A stretch of DNA of 64,000 nt from Yuukianura sp. NJ FZ-2021 (lineage: Eukaryota): the NCBI GenBank assembly GCA_046563655.1, contig CM102286.1:14508001-14572000 (forward strand), given 5' to 3'. The notes below the pieces were generated by a model. It searched no databases and was not told the DNA's origin. It saw only the letters and a program-made list of their open reading frames with translations. A program made the translations under genes and the position numbers. Every line of letters starts with the position of its first letter. The first letter of the stretch is position 1. Below are positions 42,848 through 57,572 of this stretch, piece after piece.

Positions 42848-45506
42848 TTTTTCCCACAATTCAAAAAAATCAATCAAACCATCCAACCGTACTCGACTGA
42901 TTTCCTGGATTGACGACTTTATTTTGGCTTTATGAAAAACACAATGGAAAAACAATCGGACTGGAACTGACAAACATCGCTCATCATCATTCTTTAAAGT
43001 TAAATTGAAGAAGAATCTTTCGACATTGGTTACATATTTATTGGCTCATCAGTTCAACCAATCACAAACCTTCTTCGTTTTCACTCAACTGGATTTGGAC
43101 CACCTTCAATGGGATTCTAAACAACTTTTCTGTCTTTTTTTCCGAAAGTATAAAACTTCAATTGTTTTTATATTCAGTTAAAAATATTTTTTGGAGTCTC
43201 TTTTCAAAATTTCCTTTGAGATGAACATCTGAATGTAAGAAAAAGGAAACTTTAAAAAAATAGCAAAAGAGATTAATTAATTTAATTTGTCGGCCTTTCT
43301 GTTTCCCGTAAATTGAATAAAATTGGCATTGCAAAACAAACAACTTTTAAACAAAAATATTGATTTAAACAACTGTTGTTTAAATCAGTATTAATTTTAT
43401 TTGTTTTAAGCAACAAATATTGTTGTTCTCCTGTTTTGTTCTACTTTTGAATGAAACTAACCAATTGATTGTGGGAGGAAAAGGTCAAGTGATGATGGAT
43501 GCAGATCATCACTTTGTGCATCATCAATTCATCACTTTTACGATGATGATGATGATGGTTTTGTTTAGTGTTTTCCTGTTTCTGATCTAATTTGTGACTT
43601 TTTTAAGGTTGGATTCTAAAAATATTGCACGTGGAAAAAGTATTTTTAATTTTGTTGTTTGAGTGAAGCCGTACTTGTAAGTTTTTTGAATTTGATGAAA
43701 CTGGATGTTGCTGGAAGGAGTTTTAGTTTGGAACTTGTTGCTTGTTTTACTATGGGTTCATTCTATTTCTGGTGTGTGGCTGGAGGATGCTGGAGCTGGA
43801 AGAGACTCCAGTGCTCCAGTCCAGGTCGACTTAGGTACTGGAAGGAGTGGGCGACTGGAGTATAACAAGAATGTAGTAACTAAGGTACCATTTTCACTCC
43901 ATTTTCACTGGCTTTGGCATACAACACCGACTTTTAGTCGATTTTAGTCACAAGCATATTGGTAGAATTTGAAAGTCAAAAATTTGTTTCAGCGGGATCC
44001 ATTTTGTCATTTTCAAGAGAAGAAGTTATTTTTCAAAAAAAAAAAAAAATAAAAAAAATTCAAAAACTGGTGAAAGCTGAAAACTTTTATCATACTATTG
44101 AAAATGATTTGAAATGAAAGTGATTAAAATCATTGCGCGAAGTGAGTGAAAGTCAAGAGGCTGCCAAAGCGCTGGAAACTGTAACCGTAACCTGGATACG
44201 AAAAATGTATGGTTGAAGTAAGGCATCTTTTGTTGTCGCGTAACACTTTGAATACAATTACACAAAATTTTATATTATTACATCGTTAAAGCAATCAAAT
44301 TACTAAACCAAAGTAACTAAACTTGAACAAATAGATGCTAAATTAGAAATTGTCAGTGACCCCGTGACCCCTGGAATGCCGATGATGTTTTACTATGAAA
44401 TTAAAATGTTAAGTGAAGATTATGTTAGTTTTTGGAGATGGTGGCTAACGTCAACCGGGTAGTTCGGATGCTGTTGGAAGTAATCGGTGTGGCTGGAACG
44501 TGGTAGTTTGTTGGGAGGAGGAGAAAGCGGCCTCTCCCTCTCACTTTCTCCTTTCACTTTTTGGGCAGGGCACTTTCTCTTCCCACATGCATAGGCTATG
44601 CTTATCCTAAGATAAGGACAGATACGCTAGTAGATACCTATCGTCTTAAGCAGCACTCACACTAACAACTTATACCGTCGATCCAGCCAGGGCCAGCTCT
44701 AACCGCAACTTTTACTCATAAAATTTAAATTTAGCAAATCTATTCTAAGTTGTTGCGGTTTCAGTTTCCGCCTGCCTGTTTAGTAAAATTTACGTAACTC
44801 GAATTACGTAAATTTTGCCACTCAAAATCCGGGTATCAGAAGAAAGTGGCTGGAAATGCGGAACATGAGTTAATTGGTTGAAGTTCAGTAATGAAAATAA
44901 CTTTGCTCTGTTAGTCTTAGGTCAACTTTCCATCAATATTTAGCACTTTTATTAGTGTTTGAAATAGGTACTAAAATTTAGTTTTCGTGAGAGGGGAAAG
45001 TGTGAGGCCGAGCGTCACTGGTTACGGCCCTGCAAAACTGAAGTGCAAAAACCCGTTCTGCTCTTATGCTTGAGTGTCTGTGTTTTAGTCTATACGGGAA
45101 CGGGACGTAGTGCAGAATTCATGGCTGAAATGTCTGAATTCTGAAACATTTCAGCAGAATCTTAAAACTCAAGTTATTTAGTAGTTCCTCTGTCTCTGTG
45201 TTTACTTGACTATCGTTAACAAGGTCTTAGGCAGAGGATAACTTAACTTTCTCTTCGTCTCTAATTAGTTGTAAATGTAAATGTAAAGTAATTGTTTAGT
45301 CTACTCTCTAGTCATCTTCTATTCCAATTAACACCTTACTCTCAACTTATCCTTCCAGCATCTTAGATCTTAACACAACTGTGTACAGCAGCATCACAAA
45401 TATTCCAATTCCAAAGATATAATTTTTACCTCATCTGTATTAACTGATTTTCTCAGTTTCTCATCTGATATTAAGTGATTAATTGATAATTAAGTAAATT
45501 GCCAAA

Positions 45507-49076
<3,570 letters not shown>

Positions 49077-49993
49077 AGGAAAACTGGGAAGTTTTGGTGC
49101 TTTGTCAATTCACAACGTTGTAACTTTAAAGAACAAAAAACATTTGATTTAAAAAGCTTTACGTAAATTGTGTTCCTCCATTTTTTTTATTTGTATTACT
49201 ACATTTACATTTTGACGTCGTCTCAGTTGTGCTTAACTTTACAAAATATTACAAACATGGTCATAAATTATAATAATCAAATAGTTTAATTATTATATAA
49301 ATTCTAAAGTGTATAAGTTAGTGTAATTGTAGCTTAAATTGTCTGTCTGTCCGTGTAACACTCAAAAAGTCTTAAAACTGCTCCCGGGTGTTTTTGAAAG
49401 TGTTAAACACTCTGGGGTGTTAAATGTTACTGATTTACAAAAATCTTCTTTGGAAAGAGGATTAATATGTTATAAAACTATTAATATAATATAAACTATG
49501 TAGAGGTTAAGAACAATCATACGCACAAAAACCAACAACAACAACAACCATTATTGATGATTACAACTAACTACTTAATTAACTTAATTACAATTAGGCT
49601 TCTAAATGCTAAGGCTACTACAAAATGACATGAGCAAGGTGCGCAAACGCAAAAAGTCAGGAGCTAATGTTCAAAAAATGTTGCAAAAAGTGAAAAAATT
49701 TGAAAATCTTTGCAAAAAAAATTGTGTAATTGTTGCGAAAAAATTACTGTGAATGTGAAAAACAAGCGTTTTAGGGGGCCTACATCTTAAAATCAACTCA
49801 TTTAAATTATTCTGAAACTTGTTGTGTCTCTATTTACCAAAAAAAAAGTAATAAAAAAATCATGAAGCTCTTCTTGCTTTGATCAAAAATTTTTTTTGAT
49901 TAGGATTTCGAAATGCCAAAATTTTTAGAAAAGTATATTTATTTGGATCAAAACTTTTGTAACTGTTGCAGAATTTTTTGGTAGTAAAATAAA

Positions 49994-51099
49994 TTAGTAG
50001 TCGTAGACATAATCTGTGCCCAGATCCATCATTCTGCGCCTGTCATCATCGTCATCTACGTCTGCGTCTTCTGGTGGTCCACCGTCATCGTCCTGCTCAT
50101 CGTCATCTTGTTCCTCTTTGTTACTGGCGTCATCGTCATAGTAGTCTCCATAACCTTCGAAACCACCGTGGTGACCTTGACCCCACCCCCAACCGCCGTG
50201 ACCTTGACCATAGCCAGAGTTCCAGCCCCAACCGCTGGGCTGATGATGCTGGACGACTACTGTTTGACCTTTCTTCTTTTTCCCGCCAAATGAAAATCCA
50301 ATGCCACCTAGTGAGGAAAAATTCAAATTGTAATACAGAGGTCAATGACCTTTCGGATTTTAAGTACAAAAGTCCATGACCTTTTGAATTTTATGTACAG
50401 GAATCAATGACCTAGTGAATTTTCGTCAAATGTCAATGACCTTTTGAATTTAAATGACAGGTCACTGACCCTTTGAATTTTAAGTACAGAGGCCAATGAC
50501 CTTTTGAATTTTAAGTCCAGAGGTCAATGACCTTTTGAACTTTAGTGACAGGTCAATGACCTTTGGCTGTTTCTTACCTTTGACATGAATTCCGAAGCTC
50601 TTTTTGGGGAACTTGAGCCAAGACTTTTTCTTGTGCCCACCTTTCTTGTTGGTCACATGGTAGGTCGTTGTCCATCCTGGGCCATACTGACCCCACCCCC
50701 ACCCCTGACCGAATCCATCGCGACCTTCAACTCCGCCGCCCCCTGATCCCCACCCAGGCTTCTTAATCAAATGGATTTTCCCGAATTCGGTTAGTGGGTG
50801 ACCGTCCTCCCCCTTCCACCCCGTCAGCAGTCCCCCCAGAATCCGCCCCTCCGGAACTGGCGCTTCTGCGCTTGCGCTGCTTCCACCATCAGCGTTACTC
50901 AAGTACTCGTCATCGTAGTCGCGAAATTCAATAGGAGTTGTACATTGAACAAAAGCTATGACCAATACTGGCACAACCTAGAAGGAAAAACCGACATAGA
51001 ATTCTAATTAGTAATCTCAAAGTAATGGAAGTAATCAGTTGATTTTTTAAGGAATAAAATTAAATAGTAGTTTAGTAATTGACTTACGTAGAATTTCAT
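49994..51099 (-). CDS. Secreted Gly/Trp/Lys-rich protein with acidic flanks; exons 51099-51088, 50977-50578, 50307-49994
   Basis: MKFY|VVPVLVIAFVQC signal-like start; acidic segment ending PEGR; GWGWG-rich and KK-rich core; Asp-rich tail. Splice phases are consistent. Confidence 0.8.
50334..50565. repeat. Intronic tandem array of eight ~30-bp units, each with an AGGTCAnTGACCT-type (IR1) palindrome
   Basis: Palindromes start at 50339, 50370, 50401, 50430, 50459, 50490, 50521 and 50550; those at 50339, 50521 and 50550 are perfect AGGTCAATGACCT. Confidence 0.9.
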
Positions 51100-51737
51100 A
51101 GTTGGGTAACAATAAGACGACGCACCACAAGAGGTCAACGTCGTGTTCCTCCAAGTTGTGCCAAAAGGAAACAATTTTTGATGGAGTTTGTCTTAATTTT
51201 TGCATGAACTTGGGATTGTGAATTTGCAATTCACTTTTTGACCCGTTTAACGGAATCGAACATTCAAAAATTCAACTGGTTTTAAAACAACTTTTCAAAA
51301 CCAGTTTTCATTCAACTTTAAAACACACCCGTTATCTTCCTCAAATTTCAGAAAAATGTAAAAACCGTTATGAAAAAAATTGTCAACTAATTAATTTCCA
51401 CTATTGTGTAACTGTGTTCACTTTATTTCATAGTTACTTAAACAAAGCAAGAAATTCAATTATTAATTTAGCAAATTTAGGCCAAATTAGAACAAAATCA
51501 GATTTAGGAGACGAAAGATGAAGTATGAATTTCGGTTAACGTTTGTTGCTGCCTTTGTGTAACCGAGGGATGATAATCCTGAAAATACAACGTAAAAATT
51601 AAAGTTGTAAAAACCGTTTAGCGCAAAAGTTTGTGCTGAATCAAACAAAAAACTTTCTCTGAGTTTGGAACTTAGAGAAAGTTTTCACAATGTTGATGTA
51701 ACAAAGAGTCTAAAAATCAAATTAACCTGAAGTGTGT

Positions 51738-52128
51738 CTATCCTAAAGCAGCAAGAGCATCGATGGCTTCATCCAGAAGAGCCATACGGTCAATGAAGGC
51801 CCTACGCGATTCATGATAAGACGGGATGTCGTTGTTCATATAATGGACGCAAGCCTCCGAATGTATGTTGTAGGCCAGCGTCAACTGCATTTGCAGCATT
51901 CCCCGAAGCTGAGCCTTTGTCCTGTCTCTAACATCCGGATCGTTGGATTCCTACAATGTTTAGAAAATTGAAAACATGCTGGCAATAGAAATTTTTCATT
52001 TGAATAGGGCTACCAATATATTGAAATAGTTCATAACTTACCAGCCTATTCATAAATGCGTTGAGTCGATTAGCCGGAAGAAGGTTCAACGCAACAATTA
52101 CGTCTCGGAGATCGTTGGTGTCTGCCAT
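51738..52128 (-). CDS. Small (99 aa) hypothetical helical protein; exons 52128-52042 and 51950-51738
   Basis: MADTNDLRDVIVALNLLPANRLNAFMNRL|ESNDPDVRDR...DRMALLDEAIDALAALG*; strong GTAAGT donor and in-frame join; no family recognised. Confidence 0.55.
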
Positions 52129-55038
52129 TTGCAATTGAAAAACAATGGGTTTGGTAAATAACAGTAAATCGGAAACAGGTGAAGGAAAATGACCAGTATG
52201 GAATGACATGGAATGACAAAACGCCTCTAAATGCAGTTTGAAACTACTACCAAACTTCAGGGTCATATTTAAACTAGTATATCCATAAACTTTATTGGAA
52301 TTCCAGTCAAAGTCAAGGTTTTGATGAGAAAGAGAGCTAAATCAGACATAAACTTACCTTACAGTTTACTTCAAGGTTAGCAGACGCTATCTTACAGAAG
52401 ACTTAACATCCAAACTATCTTATTGGAAATGCAGACAGGAAACTAAATTTGTACAAGCCAATTTAACATAGAAACGAACCTTTCAAAGCAAAATTCAACT
52501 GGGCTTGTAATATTGTAGAGTCTCAACAATCGAAAAGAACGCTCGAAGTAGCATTCCTAAAGGATTCAGGCATAAAGTACCTCCTTCATTTTTCACACTT
52601 TCACACTGATTCCAACGCCTCAAGCATGTTAGTGCTGTGTGTTAAATTTAGAATTTCAATTTTCCGAAAACTGAAAAAGAGAGGTTTTGAAACCCAGCTG
52701 AACGTTTTTTCTAACATTGGTTATGCCCTATACCAATCCAATGTGAAGCAATTGGTACAAATTTGCCTCAGTGTTAAAATTTGAAACTGAATATTTCATT
52801 TTGAATTTCAAGAAACATTTTTTCTCATTTCGAAATTAGTAATCGGATTTGAATAGTATTGATGCTATTTGATAGTTTTATGTTTATCTAAAAATATTTT
52901 TTTGTTCTAAAAAGTTCTTCGGGTGAAGGACGGTCTAAATGTTGTAGAATGCACAAAGTTTTTTCTTTTTAAAATTCCAACGACTCATCCTGTTTACAAC
53001 GCATTATAAAAAATCAGTTCCATCTTCCTAAAAATAACACTTTGAGAAGACTTTTTTTTTAAAGTGAGACGTCGCCGCCGCGGTTTTTAAAATTAGGAAC
53101 TTTACTGTTTCGTTGATGAGAACTAAAAAGTTAAAGCACACAATTTGTGCAGGGATGATGTTTTAGTTTTCTTGGATGGATCCAAATAAAGCATATTCTA
53201 AGAATGTACAGGAAGATACAATGACTTCACAAAACACGGGACAGATGTGACTCTCCTTCTGAAAATAAAATTGGCAAAGACGTTCTAAAATTTCAAAAAA
53301 AGTTTTTTGGTTGGACTCGAGTCAAAATCCCCAGGTCAGGTTATTTTGAGAACTTTGAAATTCTTTCCTCAGTTCCAAATTGACCGGAATCGACGAAACT
53401 TCTACTCCTGCCTGTCAAACGTTTTTTAAAATCGACGGTGCTTGGAAGTTCAGCTCAACTTTTGAAGGTAAATTTTGAATTTTTCAGAATTCTCCAACTA
53501 AAAAAGTTTTCTAAATCGTAATTTTGAGTGCAAAGTTTCATTGTTGACCTCTCTGTTGCTTTTCAGAAGTTTGACCTTGGATTTTACCAGAAAACAGGAA
53601 CCGTCGAAGCTCCAATTTTTGAAAAATGCCGTCCTCGACCGGAAGTAGCCAAGACTTGCGCAGAAAGTCCATTGCCTACTTGGCAGAAAAAGGAGAGGGA
53701 GCTAATTTAGTAGTGACATTTGCAATTATTGGACTATCACTAACTGTAATGTCTCTTCTGCTCTACTCAATTTTTGTTTAAAATTTTGTTTTAAAAAATG
53801 ACCAAAGACAGCAAGAGCTTTTTTCTTAAAAAACTTCTTTCCGGAAATGATTAACCCTCTTGTCAAACTTTTAATTTAATTTAGGTTTAGAAACGTTCGA
53901 AATTTGACAGAATAAAAAACCATGTTCTAAATCTTGTACTTCACCATCAATGGTATTCAAATAATAAAAGACACAAAAAAAAACAATTCCAAGCCACACT
54001 TTAGGTGTTTAAGTTATTAAAGAAGCGAAAGCTATGTTATGCATTGACATCGTCTGGCTGTCAGTCTGTCTGTCTGACCGGAGCTTGGATGACGGTTTAT
54101 AAGTTTGGATTTAGAAAACGGAACAAGAATTTCAAATGGAGAAAGATTACTTTTCATGTGGAATTTTGAACAGAAAAAAACACTAGCACCTACATCCCCT
54201 TTGGAACAGTATTCAACATCATTTGGATTACGTTTCTCCAACCTTTGAGTTCGAATCTATCCCTGGAATGTGCAGAATTTAGACGGTTGTGGGCATTGCA
54301 CTTGCGTATGCGCAGAGATGAGGACGCCGAGACACGAAATGCGCAGAGGAAGTTGGTTGAGTCTTTTGGCGACGCCGTGGTTCAAATCCGGCCGTTCTTT
54401 TCCTACGAACACTCGACTATGCCAGCAGTTCTCAGCGAATGTGTCGACAAATCTATTATGCTCCTGCTTTATTGAATTTAATTTTGACATTTGACCCCTA
54501 CCATTTTAGATCATTGTGACCTTTGACCTCTTGTTCAATAGTTTTTGCACAAAATCTTTTCGGAGTCTGGCCAACATAAACTCGCTGCTTAGGATGAGCG
54601 TTTTATGTCAACCATTGAAAAATGGGAGAATAAAAATGCTTCAAAATTTTTAGTGGGTAAATTTTTTTTTGGAATATTCCATACCATTTTTTTTTCGACG
54701 ATTATTCTTGTCCGCCGATTACTAGATTCAAACTTTCGTTTTAAAAAAACTGCAACTCACTTTTTCCTGGACTTTTTTTTTTCAAAGAATGAAATTTTAG
54801 TCTGGTTGTCATTTCCTGGTCACAGGAAATCACGATTTTGGAATTTTTGAACAAGCGTGATTGTCATAACACAAAAATTTGTAGAAAGTAGTAACTGGTT
54901 TTAGTTTTTTGCTGAACTTGAAATTGTCCAATAAATACAGCTCACCAAACCTTCTAAAAATTATCACTTAACCAAACTTCCAATTTTCAAATTACTAAAA
55001 AACTTTTTTTACGTTTCAATTTTCTCAAAAAATTGAAA

Positions 55039-55405
55039 ATGGATTCAAAAGTGTGTTTCCTTTTGTTCGCTGCTGCTGCAGTTTTCATTGCTTTCACGAC
55101 AACAGACGGTGAGTTTAATTTTAGCTGAAAACTAGAATGCTATAAAATATTGCTGGGGCTACGCCTTATACTGGTTCAAATTTTTCTAGTATGACATTTT
55201 TTTTCAAAAATTTCTTTAAAAATTAATTTGTTTTGCAGTGACTGGGCAAACTGCTGCTCCTGACAAAGCGGGATTTTGTCCACCGATGAATGCTGCGAGT
55301 ACTTGTGCTGTGACGAAAGATACTTGCCGAACGGACAACTGCTGCAACGGAACACTCAAATGCTGCCCAACGGGCTGCGGAAAAACTTGCCTTCCGCCTG
55401 CCTAA
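55039..55405 (+). CDS. Secreted single-WAP (four-disulfide core) protein 1; exons 55039-55108 and 55239-55405
   Basis: Signal peptide plus KAGFCP...C......C....CC.....CC...C...C: WAP spacing with 9 Cys. Confidence 0.85.
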
Positions 55406-55998
55406 AGTAAAGTAAAGCAAGCTCAAAAGGTCATTCCCCTCTGCATTCCTTAAAAAATGTTAAAATTTCTTGAACTTTGATGTTATTCAAACCTAAATTT
55501 TATGCTCCAATTCAACAGAGTAGGAAATTAGCGTGTTTCAGAATTGAAATTCAAACTTTACTATAAAATTGGGCTAATAAAAAAAAATTGGCATGCAGTT
55601 TTTTGACTTTGTATGACACACAATTTTCTAAGTTGGTCTATTACTATTCGGTTTAAATCGGAATTAAAGTTGAAATTTGAAAAAAATGGGGAAAAATAAC
55701 AAAGGATTCAAGAAACCATAATGGCAAAAATATTCATTCAAGCTGGTTTTTTGAAGAAAAGAAACGCAATGACAAACCGGAGATTAGATGCTCATTTCCT
55801 CTGGAATGTTCGTGATCAGATTTTGAAAAAAACATCTATTGTTATGATCCAAAAAATTTACAAATTAATATAACTAATATGACGGAAACTCATAAATGGA
55901 GTGACCAAATCACATAATCAAAGTCATTTTGAAATAGGCTTGTCACCTTTAGTATTTTTGAACACTAATTTTCAGATTTCCAAGAAAAAGAGTCGAAA

Positions 55999-56352
55999 AT
56001 GGTTTCTAAACTTTGTGCATCTTTGCTTTTGCTTTCTGCTGCTGCAGTTTTTATTGCCTTCACTACAACAGGGGGTTAGCTAACTTCGAAACTTTTAAAA
56101 AATTTTAAACAAATTTTGACTGAATTTTTTTTTGAAGTGAATGCTGCCGATTCTGAAAAACCTGGAAAGTGTCCGGCAAGTGCCGGAACGATGGGAATTT
56201 GTACTGTGACTAAAGACAGTTGCACAACGGACAAAAATTGCAACGGAACGCAGAAATGTTGCTCCGCTGGTTGCGGAAAAAAGTGCACCGCGCCAGCAAA
56301 AGATGCCAAGAAGGTCAAGAGGTCAATCCTGACACTCCTCTCACTTGATTAA
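55999..56352 (+). CDS. Secreted single-WAP protein 2 (tandem paralogue); exons 55999-56074 and 56138-56352
   Basis: Signal peptide plus KPGKCP...C..C.TD..C.G.QKCCSAGCGKKC (8 Cys). Same intron phase and similar 3' UTR to copy 1. Confidence 0.88.
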
Positions 56353-57572
56353 AATTTTGAAAACAAAAAATTGTTGACCTTTGAGCCCATTCCGTCACCT
56401 AATTCACGCTCCAATTGAACAGAAACATGAAAAAGTATGTTTTCGAAATAAAAATTTACAAGCACTATAAAAATTCGGCTAATAAAAAAAATTCGCCTAC
56501 TCTAGACAGTTTTTTGGCCTTGTGCCACAGATTTCTTTGAAAAGTAAAAAGTTTTGGTCATTTGTATCAGTAGTAGGATCTTTCAAAGTGAAAATGTAAA
56601 AGGAAAAGGCGTCTGGCTTCCTCCGTGTTATCAAGTAGGAGATCATTGCCAATTATTTTGCAAATCCATGTCACAGCCGAAATTGGCAAACTTTTGCAAT
56701 TTTTTGCATTCTCTCTCTTCATTTCCATTATACTTGGATTAACCTCCAAAATTCCAAGGACGACCAGTTAGGATGAAAGCGTCACTTTTAATTCAAGGAG
56801 TCAATTTGTGTTATACTATACAAGTATGTTGTTGTATGGTTCTTCATATGATGATGACGATGATGATGAAGATGATGATCAGCATCATCGTGATGAACAA
56901 ACACTCCATTACTATTCAAAATACATGCATATGTGCTTCCATGCATGTAATGTAACTCAATTTCCTCAAATTATAGACAAGTCGTGACGATCAGTCATTT
57001 TTTTATAAGCAGCTGACATTTCACTTGCCAATTTTTTGCAAAAGTTTGTTATTTGCTCAAGGCGGGACAACTTTGTTGTCTGTTCTAGTGACCCTCCAGT
57101 TGCTTTTAAACACAATTTGCAAAAAATTTGCACTTTTCTGTGCAATTTTGCAAAATGAGTGACCGAAGGACTCTCCAACGTTGAAGTTGCATAACCAAAA
57201 GGTGCTAAATTATTCATTCTTCTTTTCTTTTCCTTCTTTTATTAAAACTTGAAGCAAATTGGACAGGGAAAAATTTTAGGCCAAGTGGCACAAAATTTTG
57301 GCACTTTGAAGTGTTTCGGTGGTTTTTTTTCTTGTTATTTCCATAAATCTTGAAAAGAGGTGTGCCGCCTTGTACTAAAAAACACAGAAAGTGAGAAGTC
57401 GTGTGCCAGAATACAGACTGTAAGCTGGAGGCGTCCGACACTCCGCAGACACTTACACGTTTTCAGTAGGTCACGGACTCACGCGCTGTCTCCAAATTTT
57501 AGAAAAACAGAAACATTTTTGAAAAATCTTGAAGTTTTTGTAACTTTTTTGAAATTTTAGCAAACCTGGAGC

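Noticed and set aside
53170..54494. Possible small gene(s): exon-like pieces at ~53373-53467, ~53567-53710 and ORF 54245-54475
   Set aside because: Splice phases do not join into a consistent frame and no family was recognised; may be a pseudogene or noise.
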